64,000 nt of DNA. Source: an uncultured Halobacteriales archaeon (lineage in GTDB: Archaea; Halobacteriota; Halobacteria; Halobacteriales; SKSH01). This document shows, piece by piece, positions 57,291-64,000 of this stretch. A program made the translations under genes and the position numbers. Each line of letters starts with the position of its first letter. The first letter of the stretch is position 1. The DNA lies in the NCBI GenBank assembly GCA_964502835.1, contig CAZCYF010000002.1, positions 41,478-105,477 of the forward strand. The letters run 5' to 3'. The notes below the pieces were generated by a model, which worked only from the letters and a program-made list of their open reading frames with translations, was not told the DNA's origin and ran no database searches.

Positions 57291-57935
57291 TCACCCATTG
57301 TGGCGGTCCCGAGGGGTCGAAGCGCAAATCGAGACGAAATTGCGCAGGAGCTGTAATCCCACCTCGCCGCTCTTTTCGGGATGGAACTGGGTGCCGAACA
57401 CCGTGTCGTCCGTGGCAAGGACCGACCCGAAGGTGACGTCATACTCGGTCGTCGCGACGATCGTCGTCTCGTCGTCAGGGACGGGATAGTACGAGTGCAC
57501 GAAATAGGCGTGGCCGCGGTCGATGTCTGCCACCAGCGGGTGCTCGCGGACGACCTCGATCTCGTTCCATCCCATGTGGGGGACCTTCGCCTCCCCGTCG
57601 AACCGAACGCTCGTTCCGGGAATCAGGCCCAACCCCTCGGCATCGGGTGCCTCCTCGCTCGTCGAGAGGAGCAGTTGCAAGCCGAGACAGATCCCGAGGG
57701 TGGGCGTGCCCCCCTCGATCGCCGCCCGGAGCCCTGATCTGATCGGGGCGAGGTTGGCCACGCCCCGGCCGAACGCCCCGACGCCGGGCAGGACCAGGCC
57801 GTCGGCGGTCGCGAACGCCTCGGGAGAATCGCTCACCTCCGCGGCCGCTCCAGCCCGCTCAAGGGCACCCGTGACGCTCTTGAGGTTCCCGAGGCCGTAA
57901 TCCACCACGACGACCCGCGGGGTTGCATCCGTCAT
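57291..57935 (-). CDS. hisH: imidazole glycerol phosphate synthase, glutamine amidotransferase subunit
   Basis: VVVDYGLGNL.S, LPGVGAFG, GICLGLQLL (active Cys) and FHPEKS motifs. Inner ATG 57935. Confidence 0.9.
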   Translation of the reverse strand: MTDATPRVVVVDYGLGNLKSVTGALERAGAAAEVSDSPEAFATADGLVLPGVGAFGRGVANLAPIRSGLRAAIEGGTPTLGICLGLQLLLSTSEEAPDAEGLGLIPGTSVRFDGEAKVPHMGWNEIEVVREHPLVADIDRGHAYFVHSYYPVPDDETTIVATTEYDVTFGSVLATDDTVFGTQFHPEKSGEVGLQLLRNFVSICASTPRDRHNG

Positions 57936-58026
57936 CGGCCGTCGGTACGGGGGCCCCGCGAATGTGTATTCCGCTCCGCAGGACAACCACCCCGACCCTT
58001 AGGGTCCCCGGGCCGATGGGCGAGGT

Positions 58027-58461
58027 ATGCATCCGGATCCCGCGGATACCGTCGACGACCTCGTCCACCCGGAGACGCAGGTCCATGACGGGGCGGTTGA
58101 CCTGACGGTGGCGGCCGTCCACGTCATCGACGAACCGGCGCACATCGACTTTGGCGGCAGCGAGCTTCAGTTGCCGGCGACGACGGCCATCGAGCCAACG
58201 AAGCGCCACCCGGACGACGAGTACGGGTGGTGGTCGCTCGATCCGGGCTTGTACCTGCTCGAGTACAACGAATCGCTGGCGGAGCCACCCGCGTTTTTAC
58301 AGCCCCGCGAGGCACTCATCGCCGGTGGCGCGATCCACCCGGCCGGCTGGGTCGATCGCCTCCCCGCCGTGGGGCTATTCGTCGGTGGCGGCCTCGAGTG
58401 TAAGGAGAACGCACGCGTCTCGACGATCTGGCCCGGCTCCTCGACCGAGGCGGAGCGCTAG
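58027..58461 (+). CDS. dUTPase / dCTP deaminase superfamily-like protein (tentative)
   Basis: 144-aa acidic ORF with beta-rich pattern and ..GWWSLDPGLYLLEYNE..ENARVSTIW, resembling dut/dcd-fold proteins. Motif match is weak. Confidence 0.4.
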   Translation: MHPDPADTVDDLVHPETQVHDGAVDLTVAAVHVIDEPAHIDFGGSELQLPATTAIEPTKRHPDDEYGWWSLDPGLYLLEYNESLAEPPAFLQPREALIAGGAIHPAGWVDRLPAVGLFVGGGLECKENARVSTIWPGSSTEAER

Positions 58462-58525
58462 CCTTTTATAACTACATCCGAAAACATCGCCACAGTCTAC
58501 TGTCGGGGCGCGAAAGCGCCACGGC

Positions 58526-59395
58526 ATGTACACCAGCGTGCTCGTCCCGACCTCGCTCACGCGGGAGACGGACGATCGGCGCGAGGCGACCCGCAAGCTG
58601 GGCTGGATCGCCCGCGCCGCCGCCATCTTCGGGGTGGACGACCTCGTCGTCTTCCCCGACCCCGAGGGGGTCAGTTCCGAGGGGGAACGGTTCGTCGCGG
58701 CGGTGTTGCGCTACGCAACCACACCGCCCTACCTCCGAAAGGAGGCCTTCGGGCGGCGCGACGAACTGGCGCACGTCGGGGTGCTGCCGCCGCTTCGCCA
58801 CCCGACATGGACCGGCTCCGAATCGAACGGTTCGGGGTCGACGCGAGAAGGAATCGTGACCGAGGTCGGACCTGATGGCCGCGTTCGGGTCAATTGCGGA
58901 CTGCAACACCCGATCTCCCTCGTCGTCTCGGGCGACGATCCGCCCGAGGTGGGAGAGCGCGTCGCCGTCAGCATCTCTTCGCGAGATCCGGTCCGGGCGA
59001 AGCTCCTCGACGAGGAGCCACCCGGGCCCCGCGTACGCGAGCAATCCCTGAAAGCGGCCCTCTCGGGCCGACAGAGGTGCATTCGCGTCGCGACCTCACG
59101 CCACGGCCACCCCCTCACCGTGGGGGGATTGTCCGGGGCGTTGGCCGACCGGCACGAGCGCGGCTTGACGGTCGCCTTCGGTGCCCCCGAACGGGGGCTC
59201 GTGCCGATTTGCCGGTCGATCGGGCTGGACGACCGGCCGCCGGACCGGCCCGACGCCGCCCTGGGGGACCTCGGACGGTCCACCGACGGCGGGTTCGACC
59301 TCTGGTTGAACACGATTCCTGCCCAAGCAAGCGAGGTCGTACGCACGGAGGAGGCGGTCGTCGCCTCCCTCGCGTGTCTCGGCCTCGAGGAGTAA
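58526..59395 (+). CDS. SPOUT-superfamily putative RNA methyltransferase (DUF171-like)
   Basis: Conserved position directly upstream of rpl3 in archaeal genomes. MYTSVLVPTSL...AAIFGVDDLVVF...LNTIP.Q.SEVVRTEEA is the typical pattern. Confidence 0.6.
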   Translation: MYTSVLVPTSLTRETDDRREATRKLGWIARAAAIFGVDDLVVFPDPEGVSSEGERFVAAVLRYATTPPYLRKEAFGRRDELAHVGVLPPLRHPTWTGSESNGSGSTREGIVTEVGPDGRVRVNCGLQHPISLVVSGDDPPEVGERVAVSISSRDPVRAKLLDEEPPGPRVREQSLKAALSGRQRCIRVATSRHGHPLTVGGLSGALADRHERGLTVAFGAPERGLVPICRSIGLDDRPPDRPDAALGDLGRSTDGGFDLWLNTIPAQASEVVRTEEAVVASLACLGLEE

Positions 59396-59399
59396 CCGC

Positions 59400-60404
59400 A
59401 TGCCCGAGAAACACCGACCACGCAAAGGATCGATGGGATTCAGCCCCCGACGCCGAGCCGTCGGGGAGGTCCCCAGCTTCAGCTCCTGGCCCGAGGGGAC
59501 CGGCCAGCCGGCACTGCAGGCGTTCGCCGGCTACAAGGCCGGCATGACGAACGTCCTGTTGGTCAACGATGTCGCTGAATCGCCGCGGGAAGGAATGGAA
59601 GAGTCAGTCGCCGTGACCATCCTCGAGACGCCCCCGATGGACGTCGTCGCCGTGCGCGGGTACGAGGAAACCCCGTACGGCAAGCAGCCCGTGACCGAGG
59701 TCTGGGCCGACGCGTTCCACGACGACCTCGAGCGGGTGCTCGACGCCCCGGCCGGAGGTGGCGATGCCGATCGCCTCGAGGCCGCCGTCGAGGACGGTGA
59801 GATTGCCGAAGTGCGCGTCCTCACGCACACGCGCCCGTCCACTGTGTCTGGCATCCCACGAAAGAAACCCGAACTCATGGAGACCCGTGTCGGCGGTGTC
59901 GATGTCGCGGAGCGATACGAGTTCGCGATCGACCTGCTCGAGGAGGATGGCGTCACGGTCGACGAGCTGTTCCAGCCCGGGGAGTACCTCGACGTCGCCG
60001 CCGTGACCCAGGGCAAGGGAACGCAGGGACCGGTCAAGCGGTGGGGCGTGCAAAAACGGAAGGGCAAACACGCCCGACAGGGGTACCGACGTCGCATCGG
60101 CAACCTCGGACCGTGGAACCCCTCGCGGGTGCGATCGACGGTCCCCCAGCAGGGCCAGACCGGCTATCACCAACGCACCGAGCTGAACAAACGCCTGCTC
60201 GCCATCGAGGACGGCGACACGGCCAGCGTCGATGGTGGCTTCGTCAACTACGGCGAGATTGACGGGCCGCACGTGCTCGTCGAGGGGTCCGTCCCGGGGC
60301 CGTCGAAACGGCTCGTCCGGTTTCGACCGGCGATTCGACCCTCGAGTCAGACCCGGCTCGACCCGGAGATCCGCCACGTGGCGACGACGTCGAACCAGGG
60401 GTAA
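59400..60404 (+). CDS. rpl3: 50S ribosomal protein L3
   Basis: PRKGSMGFSPRRRA...FAGYKAGMT...GKGTQGPVKRWG. Confidence 0.95.
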   Translation: MPEKHRPRKGSMGFSPRRRAVGEVPSFSSWPEGTGQPALQAFAGYKAGMTNVLLVNDVAESPREGMEESVAVTILETPPMDVVAVRGYEETPYGKQPVTEVWADAFHDDLERVLDAPAGGGDADRLEAAVEDGEIAEVRVLTHTRPSTVSGIPRKKPELMETRVGGVDVAERYEFAIDLLEEDGVTVDELFQPGEYLDVAAVTQGKGTQGPVKRWGVQKRKGKHARQGYRRRIGNLGPWNPSRVRSTVPQQGQTGYHQRTELNKRLLAIEDGDTASVDGGFVNYGEIDGPHVLVEGSVPGPSKRLVRFRPAIRPSSQTRLDPEIRHVATTSNQG

Positions 60405-60410
60405 TCACAC

Positions 60411-61163
60411 ATGGACGTACCACGATACGACACCGACGGCGGGCAAGACGGACGCGTCGAGCTGCCGGACGTTTTCGAGACGCCGTACCGACCGGACCTG
60501 ATCGAACGAGCAGTCGCCGTGGCGATGGCCAACGCGAGCCAGCCCGCAGGGGCCGACGAGTTGGCCGGTCTCCGGACCTCCGCCGAATCGCCGGGTGCGG
60601 GCCGTGGGATCGCACGGGTGCCCCGATCGAACAACCAGGGCAAGCGCGTTCCCCAGGCGCTTGGTGGCCGTCGAGCCCATCCACCGAAGGCAGAGGCAGA
60701 CCGCACGAAAGGGCTCAATGACACCGAACGCCGACTCGCGGTCCGGAGCGCGATCGCCGCGACCGCCGACATCGACCGCGTGTCGGATCGCGGCCACCGC
60801 GTGCCTGATGACACCGCGTGCCCGGTGGTCGTGGACGACACCTTCGACTCACTCGTGAAGACGCGGGAAGTCGTCAGCTTCCTGGAGGCGATCAACCTGG
60901 CAGGTGACATCGAACGGGCCGACGACAGTCGCACCCGACGCGCCGGCCGCGGGACCACTCGCGGCCGCGGCCGCCGGACGCCCGCCTCGATCCTGTTCGT
61001 GACCGCCAGCGAGGCCGGACCGTCGAAGGCGGCACGCAACCTCCCAGGAGCGACCGTGGCGACCGGGCGCGAGGTCGACGTCACGGAGCTCGCACCGGGC
61101 GGGCACGCCGGGCGATTGACCGTGTTTACGGAGGCCGCCCTTGAGGAGGTGGCCCACCGATGA
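60411..61163 (+). CDS. rpl4: 50S ribosomal protein L4
   Basis: Operon position and ...ESPGAGRGIARVPR...GGRRAHPPK. Confidence 0.95.
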   Translation: MDVPRYDTDGGQDGRVELPDVFETPYRPDLIERAVAVAMANASQPAGADELAGLRTSAESPGAGRGIARVPRSNNQGKRVPQALGGRRAHPPKAEADRTKGLNDTERRLAVRSAIAATADIDRVSDRGHRVPDDTACPVVVDDTFDSLVKTREVVSFLEAINLAGDIERADDSRTRRAGRGTTRGRGRRTPASILFVTASEAGPSKAARNLPGATVATGREVDVTELAPGGHAGRLTVFTEAALEEVAHR

Positions 61164-61414
61164 ACGACGTCATCGTCCACCCCCTCGTCACGGAGAAGGC
61201 GATGAACCTGATGGACTTCGAGAACAAGCTCCAGTTCATCGTCAATGACAGGGCGACGAAGCCCGAGATCGCCGAGGCGGTCGAGACCCGCTTTGCGGTC
61301 GACGTGGCCGACGTGACCACCCAGATGACCATGGACGGAACGAAGAAAGCGACCGTGCGGTTGAGTGACGCCGACGATGCGAGCGAAGTCGCCTCACGAA
61401 TCGGGGTGTTCTAA
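61160..61414 (+). CDS. rpl23: 50S ribosomal protein L23
   Basis: VIVHPLVTEKAMNLMDFENKLQFIV... 4-nt overlap with rpl4. Confidence 0.95.
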   Translation: MNDVIVHPLVTEKAMNLMDFENKLQFIVNDRATKPEIAEAVETRFAVDVADVTTQMTMDGTKKATVRLSDADDASEVASRIGVF

Positions 61415-61416
61415 GC

Positions 61417-62154
61417 ATGGGACGACCGATCCAGGGACAACGACGCGGCAAGGGATCGCCCACCTTCCGGGCACCGTCGCACCGCTACAAGGCCAACCTC
61501 CGCCACCGGTCGGTGGACGACGGCGAGTTGCTCGCCGGCGAAGTGATCGGCATCGAGCACGACCCGGCGCGGGCGGCACCCGTCGCCGAGGTCGAGTTCG
61601 AGACCGACGCCGACCGGCCCGATCGCCGACTCGTGCTCGCCCCCGAGGGCGTCGGCGTCGGTGACCGGATCGAGATCGGCATTTCGGCTGCCATCGAGCC
61701 GGGCAACACGCTACCCCTCAGGGAGATCCCCGAAGGGGTCGCGGTCTGTAACGTCGAGAACCGCCCCGGTGACGGTGGCGCGTTCGCGCGCGCCGGGGGT
61801 ACCAACGCCACCCTGATCGCCCACGAGCGTGATGCGGCCGTGGTCAAGCTCCCCAGCGACGAGCTCAAACGGCTCCACCCGAAGTGTCGAGCGACCATCG
61901 GTGTCGTCGCTGGCGGTGGCCGACGCGAGAAGCCGTTCGTCAAGGCCGGCAACAAGTACCACAAACTGCGCTCGCGGGGGACGAAGTATCCGACCGTCCG
62001 CGGGGTCGCGATGAACGCCGTCGATCACCCCTTCGGCGGGGGCGGTCGACAACATCCGGGACGCCCCAAGAGCGTCTCGTCGAACGCATCGCCCGGCCGG
62101 AAGGTCGGGAGTATCGCTTCGCGTCGAACCGGGCGCGGAGGAGGGAAGTCATGA
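61417..62154 (+). CDS. rpl2: 50S ribosomal protein L2
   Basis: [25 protein letters not shown]...[13 protein letters not shown]. Confidence 0.95.
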   Translation: MGRPIQGQRRGKGSPTFRAPSHRYKANLRHRSVDDGELLAGEVIGIEHDPARAAPVAEVEFETDADRPDRRLVLAPEGVGVGDRIEIGISAAIEPGNTLPLREIPEGVAVCNVENRPGDGGAFARAGGTNATLIAHERDAAVVKLPSDELKRLHPKCRATIGVVAGGGRREKPFVKAGNKYHKLRSRGTKYPTVRGVAMNAVDHPFGGGGRQHPGRPKSVSSNASPGRKVGSIASRRTGRGGGKS

Positions 62155-62576
62155 GCCAAACGGATTATCACACCGGCCTCGAGGGAGAGTTCACCTACCG
62201 AGGCCACACGCTCGACGAGTTGCAGGCGATGTCGCTCGAGGAAGTCGCGGAACTGCTCCCCGCCCGTCAGCGGCGAACCATCCAGCGCGGCCTCGGCCGC
62301 GAACAGCGGGTGTTGCTCGAGAAGGCCACCGAGGCCGATCCCGAGGAGACCGCCAAGGAACCCATCCGGACCCACCTGCGGGACATGCCGATCCTTCCCG
62401 AGATGGTGGGAAAGACCTTTTCGGTGCACACCGGTGACGATTTCGAGCGGGTCGAGGTGGAGGCGGAGATGCTCGGCCACTACCTCGGCGAGTTCCAGAT
62501 CACCCGACAACAGGTCGAACACGGCCAGGCCGGCATCGGCGCCACGCGCTCGTCGAAGTTCGTGCCGCTGAAATGA
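62151..62576 (+). CDS. rps19: 30S ribosomal protein S19
   Basis: Inner ATG of track ORF 61884..62576. [12 protein letters not shown]...[11 protein letters not shown]....[10 protein letters not shown]. Confidence 0.95.
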   Translation: MSQTDYHTGLEGEFTYRGHTLDELQAMSLEEVAELLPARQRRTIQRGLGREQRVLLEKATEADPEETAKEPIRTHLRDMPILPEMVGKTFSVHTGDDFERVEVEAEMLGHYLGEFQITRQQVEHGQAGIGATRSSKFVPLK

Positions 62577-62586
62577 GGTGACCAGA

Positions 62587-63057
62587 ATGGGAATTGATTA
62601 CAGCGTGGATGCGGACCCGGATCGAAGCGCCCGAGCGATGTTGCGCGAGCGCCACATGAGCCACAAACACAGCGTGGAACTGGCGCGAGAGCTTCGCGGC
62701 AAGTCCGTCGAGGAGGCGGTTGACTACCTCGAGGCCGTCCGCGACGGCGACCGGTCGGTCCCGTTTCGACGGTTCAACACGGGGACCGGCCACCGATCCG
62801 ACATCGACGGGTGGGATGCTGGCCGCTTCCCGGAGAAGGCGACGGCGGCCTTCCTCGACCTGTTCGAGAACGCGGTCAACAACGCCGAAAACCAGGGATT
62901 CGACGCCGACGGGATGGTCGTCGCCCATTGTGCCGCCCACAAGGTGGGCGAGGTCGAGGGCATCCAGCCCCGGGCGATGGGTCGCGCCACGGCACGGAAC
63001 ACGCCGGAGGTCGACGTCGAACTGGTGCTCGAGGAGGTGACCGAGGACGATGGCTGA
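62587..63057 (+). CDS. rpl22: 50S ribosomal protein L22
   Basis: MGIDYSVDADPDRSARAM.R..HMSHKHS.E.AR.L.G. ATG 62587 is preferred over GTG 62578. Confidence 0.9.
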   Translation: MGIDYSVDADPDRSARAMLRERHMSHKHSVELARELRGKSVEEAVDYLEAVRDGDRSVPFRRFNTGTGHRSDIDGWDAGRFPEKATAAFLDLFENAVNNAENQGFDADGMVVAHCAAHKVGEVEGIQPRAMGRATARNTPEVDVELVLEEVTEDDG

Positions 63058-63862
63058 CGAACAGCAGTTCATCCACGACGGGCTCCAGCGGTCACAGATC
63101 GACGAGTTCTTCGCGGACGAGCTGGGCCGGGCGGGCTATGGCGGTATGGAGGTCGCCAAGACCCCGATGGGGACCCAGATCGTCCTCAAAGCCGAAAAAC
63201 CGGGGATGGTGATCGGCAAGGGGGGCGAGAACATCCGCAAGGTGACGGCCGAGCTCGAGGACCGCTTCGACCTGGACGACCCGCAGATCGACGTCCAGGA
63301 GGTCGACGAGCCGGACCTCAACGCGAGGATCGTCGCCGACCGACTCGCCAACGCCCTCGAACGCGGCTGGTACTTCCGGAAGGCCGGCCACACCACGCTG
63401 GAGCGGATCATGGACGCCGGCGCCCTCGGGGCCCAGATCGTCATGGCCGGGACGGTCACCGGCTCGCGGTCGCGCGTCGAGAAGTTCACGGCCGGCTACA
63501 TCAAACACAACGGCGAACCCGCGGAGACGCTCGTCGACGAGGGCCAAGGGGTCGCGGTCATGAAGCTCGGAACCATCGGGGTGACGGTCAAGATCATCCC
63601 ACCCAACGCCGAGTTGCCCGACGATTTCCAGGTGCGCGAAGGGGCCGACCTCGAGGGGCTCGTCCCCGAGGAGGCACCGGAGCCGACACCGGACGACGAA
63701 GAGCCCGAGCCGGTTGAGACCACACCCGACGAGGAACCAACGCCCGAAGCCGAGGAGGTCGTCGACCCCGATGCGGTCGAGGACGACTCCGCGGCCGACA
63801 TCGAAGCCGAGGCTGCCCGTCTGGTGGCCGAGCTCGACGAAGAGGGAGGTGACGCGTCGTGA
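63050..63862 (+). CDS. rps3: 30S ribosomal protein S3
   Basis: KH domain (GMVIGKGGENIRK) and a long acidic C-terminal tail typical of haloarchaea. Confidence 0.95.
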   Translation: MADEQQFIHDGLQRSQIDEFFADELGRAGYGGMEVAKTPMGTQIVLKAEKPGMVIGKGGENIRKVTAELEDRFDLDDPQIDVQEVDEPDLNARIVADRLANALERGWYFRKAGHTTLERIMDAGALGAQIVMAGTVTGSRSRVEKFTAGYIKHNGEPAETLVDEGQGVAVMKLGTIGVTVKIIPPNAELPDDFQVREGADLEGLVPEEAPEPTPDDEEPEPVETTPDEEPTPEAEEVVDPDAVEDDSAADIEAEAARLVAELDEEGGDAS

Positions 63863-64000
63863 CGCTGCTTCATCCCGCGGAGATTCGCGACATGACGCCC
63901 GCCGAACGCGAGGACGAGCTCGCCGACATGCGGACCGAACTGCTCAACGAACGCGCCGTGATCGCCGCCGGTGGGGCGCCCGAAAATCCCGGGCGAATCC
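63859..64000 (+). CDS. rpl29: 50S ribosomal protein L29 (5' part, runs off window)
   Basis: GTG start overlaps the rps3 stop. (V)TLLHPAEIRDMTPAEREDELADMRTELLNERAV.AAGGAPENPGRI matches Haloarcula L29. Confidence 0.8.
   Translation, partial: MTLLHPAEIRDMTPAEREDELADMRTELLNERAVIAAGGAPENPGRI

Noticed and set aside
1-64000. Looked for CRISPR arrays, cas genes, IS/transposase or integrase genes, rRNA genes, and long direct or terminal inverted repeats.
   Set aside because: I found none by eye. The only repeats are intragenic duplications (lipoprotein, VOC protein, TatCt, Usp domains), and the only mobile element is the nrdJ intein. A computational repeat search would be needed to exclude short dispersed repeats.

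Overview
This window reads as chromosomal DNA from a high-GC haloarchaeon (class Halobacteria). By eye it is roughly two-thirds G+C, the proteins are strongly acidic, and many genes show leaderless TATA-to-ATG geometry. Most of it is core housekeeping: rpiA, orc1/cdc6, a divergent tatC pair, radA, sufS/sufU, the rpl39e-rpl31e-eif6-pfdA-ftsY-srp54 block, ligA, uvrC/uvrB, an intein-bearing class II ribonucleotide reductase, and the start of the rpl3-rpl4-rpl23-rpl2-rps19-rpl22-rps3-rpl29 operon. There are two tRNAs, one with an intron. About 38.7-50.5 kb looks more accessory, with a sensor kinase, nucleotidyltransferase, NUDIX hydrolase, Usp proteins, an APC-Usp transporter and a repeat lipoprotein. 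I saw no CRISPR array, transposase/IS element, prophage or recognisable defence system, and I cannot support a claim of a wholly new system. The most unusual items are as follows. (1) A compact ten-gene histidine operon includes a short PHP-family hydrolase that is translationally coupled to hisC, making it a candidate histidinol-phosphate phosphatase. (2) nrdJ carries a LAGLIDADG intein, a separate sharply bounded tract of A/T-ending codons in the extein, and an apparently long leader. (3) Several small ORFs are absent from or mis-started in the track. (4) A Tat lipoprotein is built from a duplicated 108-residue four-cysteine module. All family calls rest on motif recognition by eye; no searches were run.
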